A stretch of 64,000 nucleotides of DNA from an uncultured bacterium (GTDB lineage Bacteria > Patescibacteriota > Patescibacteriia > CAIQCM01), in the NCBI GenBank assembly GCA_963708045.1, contig OY970181.1, positions 707,740 to 771,739 of the forward strand, written 5' to 3'. The notes under the pieces were generated by a model. That model did not search any database, was not told the DNA's origin, and saw only the letters and a list, made by a program, of their open reading frames with translations. Shown here one piece after another: positions 1 through 9,305 of the stretch (position 1 is the first letter of the stretch; the number at the start of each line of letters is the position of its first letter). Both the position numbers and the translations under genes were made by a program.

Positions 1-713
1 TTGGTTTTTCTGGTGGTCATAATCGGCTCTTTGGGGTGGTTGACGCGCCGTATGTGTTTTGTGTTAATCAAGACGTTGTCTTGGACAATGATTATCTAAA
101 AGAAATTATTAAAACGTTTGATGCCGATAAACGTCTTGCCGCCGCCTCGGGCGTCTTGCGCCACGACGACGGAAAAATTGATACGGCCGGTCTTGCCAAA
201 AATTGGTACGAAAAGATTTTTGACATAACTAAAGAACCGTCAATCCCAATCACGCGCGTTTTTGGTGTGTCTGGCGCTCTGCCGGTTTATCGCCGAGCGG
301 CGGTTCTTGAGGTTTCGCCGGATGGTAAATTATTTGATGAAAGTTTTTTTTCTTACAAAGAAGATGTGGATTTGGCGTGGCGGCTAAATATTTTTAACTG
401 GCACGCTTGCGTCGTTTCTGGGGCGAGAGCAATTCACGAACGGGGTTTTGGTTCTGATAAAAAATGGGACGCGGCGCGGTTTGTCCGGCAAAAACTATCT
501 TCACGAAACCATCTTTTAACTTTGGTTAAAGACCTATCACCTCGCGAATTTTGGTTGCTCCCAGTGATCGTGTTTTATGAACTCGGGAAAACCGTATATT
601 TGGCGATTTTTGTGCCCAATGCCCTTGGTTTTATTCTGGAATTTTTTAAGATATTGCCTAACGCGCTTAAAGCCCGTAAAGTGATCTGGTCGCGGCTTCG
701 CGCCGCTCGTTGA
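1..713 (+). CDS. Glycosyltransferase family 2 (5'-truncated at window edge)
   Basis: Reading frame is open from nt 3 with no upstream stop; GT2-like C-terminal region (YKEDVDLAWR acidic motif typical of GT2 catalytic base region). Listed ORF starts at GTG 36 but gene likely continues upstream of the window. Confidence 0.6.
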   Translation, partial: GFSGGHNRLFGVVDAPYVFCVNQDVVLDNDYLKEIIKTFDADKRLAAASGVLRHDDGKIDTAGLAKNWYEKIFDITKEPSIPITRVFGVSGALPVYRRAAVLEVSPDGKLFDESFFSYKEDVDLAWRLNIFNWHACVVSGARAIHERGFGSDKKWDAARFVRQKLSSRNHLLTLVKDLSPREFWLLPVIVFYELGKTVYLAIFVPNALGFILEFFKILPNALKARKVIWSRLRAAR

Positions 714-1525
714 TTATGAATGATATTGCGGTAATCACCGTTAATTACAAGATGAAGGATTCCATTAAGCAGGCGCTCGCCACGCTTTTTTCGGATATAA
801 AAGAATCGTCGCTTAAGATTATTCCCGTTGTCGTTGATAATCATTCAGGCGACGGCGTTGGAAAAATGCTGGCGGCAGAATTTCCGCAAACGCTTTTTTT
901 GCAAAACGGAAAAAATCTCGGTTTTGGCGCGGCGAACAATAACGCCATTAAGGCGGTTCGCGCCAAGTATTATCTTTTTTTAAATCCTGACACAAGATTT
1001 GTTGAACCGGAAACCGTCGCGCGTTTGCATAATTTTATGGAAGAAAATCCAGCGGTCGGAATGTGTGCGCCGCGCTTGGTAAATTCTGACGGCACGCTTG
1101 GTCATTCTTGTTACCGATTTCCAACCGTAATGACGCCGTTTTATCGGCGCACGGCGCTTGGCCAGTTGCAATCTAAAGCAAGGCAGGTTGATAAATTTTT
1201 AATGAACGACTGGGAACACAACAGGCGACGAATGGTTGACTGGGTTATTGGTTCGGCAATGATGGTTCGCGCCGAAGCGGTGGAAAAAGTCGGGAGTTGG
1301 GATGAACGTTTTTTTATGTATTTTGAAGACACCGACTGGTGTCGGCGTTTTTGGCTTAATCATCTTCCGGTCTATTATCTTCCTGATATCAGTCTTTTCC
1401 ACGAACATCGCCGTTCGTCGGCCGAGCTTTCGGTGTGGCGCGGATTTTTTGTAAATAAAACCACCCGTTACCATATTGCAAGCTGGCTTCGTTATCTGCT
1501 TAAATATAGATTTAGCAAGTTCTAA
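710..1525 (+). CDS. Glycosyltransferase family 2
   Basis: DxD-type motif region (VVDNHSGDG..., YLFLNPDTRF), FMYFEDTDWCRR motif typical of GT2 (rhamnosyl/GalNAc transferase-like); 4-nt overlap with upstream GT2 suggests operon. Confidence 0.75.
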   Translation: MIMNDIAVITVNYKMKDSIKQALATLFSDIKESSLKIIPVVVDNHSGDGVGKMLAAEFPQTLFLQNGKNLGFGAANNNAIKAVRAKYYLFLNPDTRFVEPETVARLHNFMEENPAVGMCAPRLVNSDGTLGHSCYRFPTVMTPFYRRTALGQLQSKARQVDKFLMNDWEHNRRRMVDWVIGSAMMVRAEAVEKVGSWDERFFMYFEDTDWCRRFWLNHLPVYYLPDISLFHEHRRSSAELSVWRGFFVNKTTRYHIASWLRYLLKYRFSKF

Positions 1526-1528
1526 CGA

Positions 1529-1606
1529 ATGTACCACTTCACATGAACCATGTACCACGCACCATCCATTAACGAGTGGTTCATGGTTAATGGTACATGG
1601 TTAATG
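1529..1606. repeat. Intergenic heptamer-unit inverted repeat, family 1 (GTACCAT/ATGGTAC units)
   Basis: gtaccacttcacatgaaccatgtaccacgcaccat ... ggttcatggttaatggtacatggttaatg; left and right arms are reverse complements; 7-nt periodicity. Confidence 0.8.
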
Positions 1607-1620
1607 ATTCATAATTATAT

Positions 1621-2715
1621 ATGAAGAAATTCGCCGTCATCACCGCTCTCTATTATGAGGACAAATTTTTGCCCGCGTATTTTGACGCCTTAAAAAAAGT
1701 TAATTATCCGGCGAATGATTGGATGATAATTGTCGTTGATAATCGCAGTTCGGAAATAACGAAAAAGTGGGTGGACGAAAATGTTTTGCCGTGCGTCGGT
1801 AAAACGCTTCCCGAGTTTCATTTTTTGGAAACGGAACAGAATCTAGGTTTTGCTGGCGGCAATAATCTTTGTACACGCCTGGCAATGGAAAAGGGGTGCG
1901 AGGCGGTTTATTTGTTAAACGAAGACGCATGGCCGGATGCTGATTTTCTAAAACACGCGGGCGAACGGCTGGCCGACCCCTTGGTCGGCGCCGTGCAGTC
2001 GCTTATTGTTCTTGATCCGTGGGAAAGGGGAGCAAATTCTATCGGCAATGAGGTTCATTATTTAGGTTGGAGTTATTGCGGCGGCGCCGGCATGGACAGA
2101 GCGGATGCCGAAGGGCTCTTGCGCGTCAAAAAATTGACCGATCCCGAACTTAATATCCCCAGCGCCTCGGGTGCTGGCGTTGCTTTTAAAACCGAAGCTT
2201 TAAAACAAATCGGACTCTTTGACGAAAATTATCACCTTTATCATGAAGACGTGGATCTTTCCTGTCGCGCCCGGCTTGCCGGATGGAAAATCGTCATTGC
2301 GCCAGAGTCGGTCGTTTATCATACTTACGATTTTGCGCGGAGCACGGAAAAAATTTATTTGATGGAACGGAATCGTTTTCGTTTTATGTTGGAACACTAT
2401 AAAATTCCAACGTTGGTTATTATTTTTCCGGCATTTTTTGTCGCCGAACTTGGTCTCCTTGTTTTGGGCGTTAAAAATAAAACCTTTCGTCGTCGCCTCG
2501 CCGCGTACGGATACATTTTAAATCCAAAAAATTGGCGATCCATAGGAGAAAAAAGAAAACAAGTTCAGACGCTTCGCAAGATTTCCGATCGCGAATACTT
2601 AAAATTTGCGACGGGCGTTGTGCTTAGCGAATACGCGCCTGGATTTTTTGTTCGCGCTGGGAACGTTTGCTTTAGCGCCTATTGGTGGCTGATTAAGAAA
2701 ATAATTACCTGGTAG
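1621..2715 (+). CDS. Glycosyltransferase family 2
   Basis: VVDNRSSE (DxD region), YHEDVDLSCRARLAGWKI motif; C-terminal TM segment. Confidence 0.75.
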   Translation: MKKFAVITALYYEDKFLPAYFDALKKVNYPANDWMIIVVDNRSSEITKKWVDENVLPCVGKTLPEFHFLETEQNLGFAGGNNLCTRLAMEKGCEAVYLLNEDAWPDADFLKHAGERLADPLVGAVQSLIVLDPWERGANSIGNEVHYLGWSYCGGAGMDRADAEGLLRVKKLTDPELNIPSASGAGVAFKTEALKQIGLFDENYHLYHEDVDLSCRARLAGWKIVIAPESVVYHTYDFARSTEKIYLMERNRFRFMLEHYKIPTLVIIFPAFFVAELGLLVLGVKNKTFRRRLAAYGYILNPKNWRSIGEKRKQVQTLRKISDREYLKFATGVVLSEYAPGFFVRAGNVCFSAYWWLIKKIITW

Positions 2716-2718
2716 CCT

Positions 2719-3710
2719 ATGCATTTGCTCGTGACCGGCGGCGCCGGATTTATTGGTTCAAATTTTACGCGCGAATGGCTTAAAAATCATCCTGCGGATC
2801 ATCTTACTGTTCTTGACGCGCTCACTTATGCCGGCAATAAAAAATATTTGCGCGGCGTTGACTATTCGCGTTTGTCTTTTATTCGCGGCAACATAACGAA
2901 TCCCGCGGCCGTGGCTTTTGCGATGAAAGAAGCTGATGCAGTCGTTCATTTTGCCGCCGAATCGCACGTTGACCGTTCTATTGTCGACCCGGCCGCCTTT
3001 TAAAAACCAACGTTTTTGGCACGCACGTTCTTTTGGAAGAAGCGCGCCGCCGCGAAGGACAGATTGTCCGTTTTCACCACGTTTCCACGGACGAAGTTTT
3101 TGGCGCTTTGGAAATTACCGAAGCGCGGCGATTTCACGAACTAACGCCTTATGCGCCAGGTAGTCCTTATGCCGCTTCCAAAGCCGCTTCCGACCACCTC
3201 TGTCGCGCCTACTTTAACACCTACGGCGTTCCCGTGACGATTACGCACTCGTCAAACAATTACGGACCATATCAACACCCAGAAAAACTTATTCCCACGA
3301 TAATTATGTCAGCGATGGACAACCGCTCGGTTCCCGTTTACGGCGACGGTCTCTATGTTCGCGATTGGATCCATGTGATTGACCACTGTCGGGCAATAGA
3401 AGCGGTAATGATGAATGGAAAAGTCGGCGAATCTTATTGCGTTGGCGGGCGAACCGAAAAGCCGAATATAGAAATTGTCCGGACGATTTTGGAAATTTTG
3501 AACCGTCCGCATTCGCTTATCTCGTATACTAAAGATCGCCCTGGCCACGATCGGCGTTATGCCCTTGATCCAACCAAACTGGAGCGCGAACTTGGCTGGC
3601 GGCCGCGCTGGTCGTTTGTGGATGGGCTAAGAGAAACGATTAATTGGTATAAATTTAACCGCAGCCTTTGGAGCGCAATGCCGGAGGAAATAAAATCTGA
3701 CATAAAATGA
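2719..3710 (+). pseudogene. rfbB: dTDP-glucose 4,6-dehydratase (rfbB) interrupted by a -1 nt frameshift near nt 3000 (or sequencing error)
   Basis: ORF 2719-3003 encodes N-terminus (MHLLVTGGAGFIGSNF...ESHVDRSIVDPAAF*). The next frame continues KTNVFGTHVLLEEARR...YAASKAASDHL...(YxxxK catalytic motif) to 3710. Junction gccttttaaaaaccaacg lacks one nucleotide relative to expected ...AAF-I-K-TN.... Confidence 0.7.
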
Positions 3711-5284
3711 AAATATTAATTTTTGGAAAAGGCTTTATTGGAACGCGTTTGGCCGCCTCATGGCCAGACGCGGTTTTGAGTGCGGCGCGAATTGACGATC
3801 CTGTCGCCGTCGCCCAAGCGTTTGAAGAGCATCGTCCTGATGCGGTCGTTAATGCTGCCGGAAAAACTGGCCGGCCAAATGTTGATTGGTGTGAAACGCA
3901 TAAAGCCGAGACGGTCAAAGCAAATATTTCTGGTCCGATTATTCTTGCCGAAGCGTGCGTTAAATTTGGCGCGTATTTATTGCATTTGGGTTCGGGTTGT
4001 ATTTTTTACGGACCAGCGCACGATCCGTTGGGCTGGCGCGAAAACGATTTTGCCAACCCTGTGGCTTTTTACTCGCGAACAAAATACGCTGCCGATCTGG
4101 CGCTGCAGGCACTGCCAAACGTTGGTATTGTCCGACTTAGAATGCCGATTGATCACGTTCCCGGGGAACGAAATTTAATAACCAAACTGGCTGGCTATAA
4201 GCAGGTGATTGATGTCGCAAATAGCGTCACGGTTATTGACGATCTTGTCCAAGTTTGTCGCGGCTTAATTGAAAAGCGGGGCGAGGGAATTTTTCACGCG
4301 ACCAACCCTGGCACAATGAAACATCGCGAACTAATGGAACTGTATCGCACCTATGTTGATCCTAATTATGATTGCGAATGGATTAATGAAAGTGATTTGG
4401 AATCGCGCGGCTTGGTTGTGGCCAAGCGTTCTAACTGCCTTTTGCAAACAAAACGATTAAACGAGCTTGGTATAACGATGCGGCCGATTGCTGAAGCGCT
4501 AAAAGAGACGATGATTAAATATGCCGAAAATAAAAGATTATCCGCACCGACGGCTCCGCACCCAACACCGTTAAAAAAAATAAAAGGCGTGATTTGCGCC
4601 GGCGGGCTGGGAACGCGTTTGGCGCCGCTTACGAATATCACCAATAAACACTTGTTACCGATTTACAACAAGCCAATGGTGCTTTATCCGCTCCAAACGC
4701 TCGTTCGCGCCGGTGTTAATGAAATCATGATTGTTACAGGGCCGGAGTTTGCGCATCAATTTGTAAAATTGCTTGGTTCGGGCGCGGCTTACGGCGTAAA
4801 TATTACTTATCGCATTCAAGACAATCCTGGTGGGATTGCCGACGCACTTTATATGGCGCGGGATTTTGTCGGCAATGATAATTGCGCCGTTGTCTTGGGT
4901 GATAATATTTTTGACGAGGATTTTTCTCCTGCCTTTTGTTCGTTTAATTCCGGCGCCACGGTGTTTTATAAAGAAACCGAAAACGCGCGTGCGTATGGCG
5001 TTTTGGAAATAGACGCGCTTGGCAAAGTTTTGTCTATTGAAGAAAAACCCAGCGCGCCAAAGTCAAAACTGGCTCAAGTTGGTCTGTATCTTTTTGATCA
5101 TCGCGTTTTTGACGTGATTCACAATATTCATCCGTCTGCTCGGGGCGAGTTGGAAATTACCGATGTTACCGACGCCTATCGTCATAATGATGAACTTGTC
5201 GCGCGCCAAGTTAGCGGATCGTGGTGGGACGCGGGAACGTTTGAGGGAATGGCCGCGGCGAGCGATTATTTTTCTAAAAAATAA
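3707..5284 (+). CDS. Bifunctional fusion: dTDP-4-dehydrorhamnose reductase (RmlD-like, N-term ~290 aa) + glucose-1-phosphate thymidylyltransferase (RmlA-like, C-term)
   Basis: N-term MKILIFGKGFIGTRL...RPDAVVNAAG...YSRTKYAADL (RmlD-like Rossmann). C-term from ~aa 290: KGVICAGGLGTRLAPLTNITNKHLLPIYNKPMVLYPL (classic RmlA GGxGTRLxPLT / KxLLP / KPM motifs). Single uninterrupted ORF. Confidence 0.75.
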   Translation: MKILIFGKGFIGTRLAASWPDAVLSAARIDDPVAVAQAFEEHRPDAVVNAAGKTGRPNVDWCETHKAETVKANISGPIILAEACVKFGAYLLHLGSGCIFYGPAHDPLGWRENDFANPVAFYSRTKYAADLALQALPNVGIVRLRMPIDHVPGERNLITKLAGYKQVIDVANSVTVIDDLVQVCRGLIEKRGEGIFHATNPGTMKHRELMELYRTYVDPNYDCEWINESDLESRGLVVAKRSNCLLQTKRLNELGITMRPIAEALKETMIKYAENKRLSAPTAPHPTPLKKIKGVICAGGLGTRLAPLTNITNKHLLPIYNKPMVLYPLQTLVRAGVNEIMIVTGPEFAHQFVKLLGSGAAYGVNITYRIQDNPGGIADALYMARDFVGNDNCAVVLGDNIFDEDFSPAFCSFNSGATVFYKETENARAYGVLEIDALGKVLSIEEKPSAPKSKLAQVGLYLFDHRVFDVIHNIHPSARGELEITDVTDAYRHNDELVARQVSGSWWDAGTFEGMAAASDYFSKK

Positions 5285-5287
5285 TTT

Positions 5288-6166
5288 ATGCCGACGGGAA
5301 ACATTAAACACATTGGTTTTATAATGGACGGCAATCGTCGCTGGGCTAAGGGTAATGGTTTGCCGACTTTTGAAGGGCATCGGGTCGGTAATGATTTGGT
5401 TAAAAAAGTCGGGCCTTGGTGTTTGGCTCGCGGGATAAAGTATATTACTTTTTACGCTTTTTCAATTGAAAATTGGAAGCGCACCAAAGACGAAGTTGGA
5501 TATTTAATGGAGCTTTTGATGTCCGACATTACCAAAGAGTTGGATTATTTAACCAAGGACAATATAAGATTAAAAATAATCGGCCGGCGCGCCGACCTTT
5601 CTCCAAAACTGCAAAACGCGATTGCCGAAGCTGAAGAAAAAACCAAAAATTATTCCGCTGGCGTTATACAGCTCGCTGTTTCTTATGGCGGACGCGATGA
5701 GATTGTCCGTGCAGCCGTCAAGGCGGCTCTGGCTCAGGAAATTACCGAAGAGGGAATCGTAAAAAATTTAGACACCGCCGGAATCCCTGACCCTGATCTT
5801 ATTATTCGCACGTCGGGGGAGCAGCGCCTTTCTGGTTTTCTCACTTGGCAGTCAATTTACAGTGAACTTTTATTTTTAAATAAACATTGGCCAGATTTTT
5901 CCGAAGCCGATCTTGATGCGGCGATTGCTTGGTATTCTGAGAGAGATCGAAAGATACGGAAAATAGAAAACGGGGCACGGCGCTGTTGCGTCGTGCCCCG
6001 ATTGGTCGGCTGTGTCTACTTGGTTTTGGTGCCTAGAGCGGTGTGCGCAGTGGTGCCGTTTAAAGCGACTGACATTTGTATCATCGCTCTCTCTTTCATC
6101 ATAAACGGCCACCACCATCGCTTGCTCAACCGGTCAAGAAGTCCTTGGAAGTTCTTCCTGATCTGA
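5288..6166 (+). CDS. uppS: Undecaprenyl-diphosphate synthase (UppS); native C-terminus probably near nt ~5965, ORF reads through ~65 extra codons into foreign high-GC DNA
   Basis: DGNRRWA signature, RLSGFLTWQS...SELLF..WPDF; after ...AWYSERDRKIRK the reading frame continues across a 12-bp-stem hairpin (5973-6001) with no stop until 6166, overlapping a convergent ORF. Confidence 0.8.
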   Translation: MPTGNIKHIGFIMDGNRRWAKGNGLPTFEGHRVGNDLVKKVGPWCLARGIKYITFYAFSIENWKRTKDEVGYLMELLMSDITKELDYLTKDNIRLKIIGRRADLSPKLQNAIAEAEEKTKNYSAGVIQLAVSYGGRDEIVRAAVKAALAQEITEEGIVKNLDTAGIPDPDLIIRTSGEQRLSGFLTWQSIYSELLFLNKHWPDFSEADLDAAIAWYSERDRKIRKIENGARRCCVVPRLVGCVYLVLVPRAVCAVVPFKATDICIIALSFIINGHHHRLLNRSRSPWKFFLI

Positions 6167-6594
6167 CCTAGCTCTGTTTCAAGTTCAGCGCGCGACCTGC
6201 CGCTTTGAGATCCTTCGTAACTTTCGGTCGGGCGTATGGCGCCGGTGCGGATCTTATGCAAGAGTTCTCTCGCATCGCTAACCGTTTTTGCCACGATTTC
6301 GAGTCTATAAGAACTGTTGGAGCCGTCGTCGAAATCGAGCACCCCTTTCGCCGATCGCAGAGCGTAAGTTCCAGTTTCTCGCTCAACTCCAGGGGGCGTT
6401 GTAAAGATTGCGTGAACGGATACCTTATCAATGGCGCTGGTAACCCGTGGGTCAGTCCACGGATCAAGTTCGCTCTCACTATCAACCATGGTGTACCAAC
6501 GCCTGTCGGTGTCGGTTTTGATGTTGAGCCCTGGAATTCCATCGGCGGGTAGTTGTGTTCGGTCAATGTACGCGCGAATGCTTTGGATACTCAT
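6016..6594 (-). CDS. Hypothetical protein (192 aa), in a short region that looks higher in GC by eye
   Basis: Good SD (AGGAGAGAAACATG on minus strand at 6589-6606); non-repetitive globular-looking sequence; no recognisable family. C-terminal ~50 codons overlap uppS read-through. Confidence 0.5.
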   Translation of the reverse strand: MSIQSIRAYIDRTQLPADGIPGLNIKTDTDRRWYTMVDSESELDPWTDPRVTSAIDKVSVHAIFTTPPGVERETGTYALRSAKGVLDFDDGSNSSYRLEIVAKTVSDARELLHKIRTGAIRPTESYEGSQSGRSRAELETELGQIRKNFQGLLDRLSKRWWWPFMMKERAMIQMSVALNGTTAHTALGTKTK

Positions 6595-6773
6595 GTTTCT
6601 CTCCTTGGTTTTCGTGTCGCCTGGATTCCGTCGGGCTTACTGGACCCGTCCGTTCCGTGGGTTGACCGTGTTTGTGCACCGGATTTTTAGGCCGGATCTA
6701 AAAAATAATAGCTTAAATTGGGGTTATTGTCAAGCTCCTATGCCTCTATAGACAAATGATGTATGTTATAAAA

Positions 6774-6846
6774 GTAACAACTTTTAACTGTTAACTTTTA
6801 GGTTTTAGCAAGCCACTAACAGTTAAAAGTTAATAGTTAACAGTTG
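6774..6846. repeat. Intergenic heptamer-unit inverted repeat, family 4 (AACTGTT/AACTTTT ... AAAAGTT units)
   Basis: taacaacttttaactgttaacttttagg...ctaacagttaaaagttaatagttaacagttg immediately upstream of rarA start. Confidence 0.8.
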
Positions 6847-6848
6847 AT

Positions 6849-8096
6849 ATGTCCGATTTATTTGACTTAAAATTAGAACAAGAACTAAAGAAGTCCGCGC
6901 CGCTTGCTGATCGGATGCGTCCTGTTTCCTTGGACGACTATGTGGGGCAAGAAAAACTCATTGGGCCGGGCGCGACTTTGCGGACGCTGATTGATCGCGA
7001 TGAGCTTCCTTCAATGATTTTTTGGGGGCCGCCGGGAACGGGGAAAACAACTTTGGCACGCATTATCGCCAAACTAACGCGTTCGCGTTTTGAACAAGTG
7101 TCGGCGGTTTCTTCGGGCATTGCCGAATTGCGCCGCGTCGCGGACGAAGCTCGGGAAAAAAGAAAACTAACCAATACACGCACGATTCTTTTTGTTGACG
7201 AAATTCATCGCTGGAACAAATCACAGCAAGACGCTTTACTTCCCAGTGTTGAAAGCGGAATTATTACGCTTATTGGCGCGACGACCGAGAATCCGTCTTT
7301 TGAAGTTAACAGCGCCTTGCTTTCGCGCTCGCGCGTTTTTGTTCTTGAAAAACTTACCGCCGAGGATATTAAAAAATTGTTGGAGCGGGCGATTAAAAGT
7401 CCGAATGGACTGGACGGAAAGGTAAAAGTTGACGATCAAGCGCTTGATTTTTTGTCATACATTGCCGATGGCGATGCGCGCGTGGCTTTAAATTCTTTGG
7501 AAATTGCTGCTAAGGCTTTAAAAATTTCTAAGCGTCAAGTTTTAAAAGTAGAAGCGGTTAAATATGCGCTTGCCAAAACTCATTTGCGTTACGACAAAAC
7601 CGGCGAAGAGCACTACAACATTATTTCCGCCTTGCATAAATCAATGCGCGGCTCGGACGCTGACGCCGCTCTTTATTGGCTTGGGCGAATGCTTGAGGCG
7701 GGGGAAGATCCGCTTTATGTGGCGCGGCGTTTGGTTCGTTTTGCTTCGGAAGACGTTGGTCTTGCTGATCCGCAAGCGCTCGTTCTTGCTATGAGCGCGT
7801 ATAATGCCGCGCACGCCATTGGGATGCCCGAGTGTAATGTAATTTTGGCCGAAGCCGCCGCCTATCTGGCGACCGCGCCAAAATCAAACAAATTGTATGT
7901 CGCTTACGAAGCAGTGCAAAAAGACATTAGCGAACTTCCAAACGAGCCCGTGCCGCTCCATTTGCGCAACGCGCCGACCAAATTAATGAAAGAATTGGAC
8001 TATGGTAAGGATTACAAATATAACCCCGATTTTACCGAGCCGGTTAACCAAGATTATCTGCCGGAAAAGTTAAAAGGCAGAAAATATCTAAAATAA
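6849..8096 (+). CDS. rarA: Replication-associated recombination protein A (RarA/MgsA AAA+ ATPase)
   Basis: RMRPVSLDDYVGQE, Walker A GPPGTGKTTLA, Walker B ILFVDEIHRWNKSQQDALLP, C-terminal MgsA helical lid motifs. Confidence 0.9.
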   Translation: MSDLFDLKLEQELKKSAPLADRMRPVSLDDYVGQEKLIGPGATLRTLIDRDELPSMIFWGPPGTGKTTLARIIAKLTRSRFEQVSAVSSGIAELRRVADEAREKRKLTNTRTILFVDEIHRWNKSQQDALLPSVESGIITLIGATTENPSFEVNSALLSRSRVFVLEKLTAEDIKKLLERAIKSPNGLDGKVKVDDQALDFLSYIADGDARVALNSLEIAAKALKISKRQVLKVEAVKYALAKTHLRYDKTGEEHYNIISALHKSMRGSDADAALYWLGRMLEAGEDPLYVARRLVRFASEDVGLADPQALVLAMSAYNAAHAIGMPECNVILAEAAAYLATAPKSNKLYVAYEAVQKDISELPNEPVPLHLRNAPTKLMKELDYGKDYKYNPDFTEPVNQDYLPEKLKGRKYLK

Positions 8097-8168
8097 TTCT
8101 TGACTTTCTGTTTTTGGCTTTTAAGTGATAAAATGGTGGAGAAGCTAGGTTAATTAGCTACAAAGCCA

Positions 8169-9305
8169 ATGACAATGGTGCGAAGAAATTACATTTGGAT
8201 TATTTTGAGCGGAATAACGCTAATCTCCGTAATAATTCTTGCCGAACTTATCGCGACGATTATTTATTTGCGCTCGCCGGAACGGGTGGTCGCGGTTGCG
8301 TTTCAAAAACTTATTGATACGAAAAGTTATAGTTTTAGCGTTAACGCCGACGAGGCAAAGGGTGGTCTTGTGGCCAGTTTAAGCGGGGACATTGATCAAA
8401 AATCGCCAACGCGGCCAGTAGCATCGGCTGATTTTTCATTTATTATGGATGGCCGTTATTCATTAAAAGGAAAAATCGCCGCTGCGGACGGAAAAGCTTT
8501 TGTGCAATTTGAAAATACCGGTGGTCTGCCAGTCGGTTTGGCGAGCGCTTTGGGAAAAGCTTGGACGGGTGTGGACGTTAGCTCGCTTATTTTTCTGGCC
8601 GAAGAAAACGCTTTGTCGTTTTCGTCACGTCTTAACGACGCCGATATTAATGTTATTCTCGCGGCGCTAAAGAAAAATATTCCTTTCCGTGTCGCGGGCA
8701 AAGAGAATGACGAAATGCTTGGCAATGTTTACGTTGTCAGATACCCGATTGCTTTTGACAAAATTTCGGCGGTTAATTTTATTAATGATCTGCATATTTT
8801 GTTTGAAGGTCAAAAAATTTCCGAAGATAAATATCGAGCGATTATTAAGGCGATTTCGTCAACGCCGGTTTTTGTGGGCGATGTATGGATTGCTAAAAAC
8901 GATAGCACAATTAGGGCGATGCATTTTTTAATACCAGTTGCCGCGGGCGGATATCTTAATTTGACCTTGTCTTTTTCTGATCTTAATAAAAAAGTCTCGG
9001 CATCTCGGCCAGAAAAATTCTTGCCCCTACCAGAAATTTTAAAGGAAATTTTTGCGCCGACTTTAAATTCCGGTTCAGTCGCTGACTTATCTAATTCTCC
9101 CTTTGCCTCAATTTTTAAACCGTTAATAAATATTCCGACGGTTCCTTTGGAAAATAATACCGAGTCTAGCTTAAATTATTCCGTTCAAAAAGGAGGCGGG
9201 GGACTGATGGATGCAATTCTGCGGTTTATCTATGGCTCAAACCCGTTTTCGGGGAAAGGTGATAGCAAAGTATTAAACGATGTCTTTAATGTTAACGCCA
9301 AATAA
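8169..9305 (+). CDS. Hypothetical membrane-anchored/exported protein
   Basis: N-terminal TM helix (IWIILSGITLISVIILAELIATIIYL); no recognisable domain. Confidence 0.5.
   Translation: MTMVRRNYIWIILSGITLISVIILAELIATIIYLRSPERVVAVAFQKLIDTKSYSFSVNADEAKGGLVASLSGDIDQKSPTRPVASADFSFIMDGRYSLKGKIAAADGKAFVQFENTGGLPVGLASALGKAWTGVDVSSLIFLAEENALSFSSRLNDADINVILAALKKNIPFRVAGKENDEMLGNVYVVRYPIAFDKISAVNFINDLHILFEGQKISEDKYRAIIKAISSTPVFVGDVWIAKNDSTIRAMHFLIPVAAGGYLNLTLSFSDLNKKVSASRPEKFLPLPEILKEIFAPTLNSGSVADLSNSPFASIFKPLINIPTVPLENNTESSLNYSVQKGGGGLMDAILRFIYGSNPFSGKGDSKVLNDVFNVNAK

Noticed and set aside
2936-3163. 75-aa ORF spanning the rfbB frameshift
   Set aside because: Wrong frame relative to both rfbB halves; it is Arg/Ser-rich nonsense.
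6168-6566. 132-aa alternative-frame minus ORF
   Set aside because: Overlaps the better-supported 192-aa ORF (6016-6594), which has a clear SD; only one can be real.
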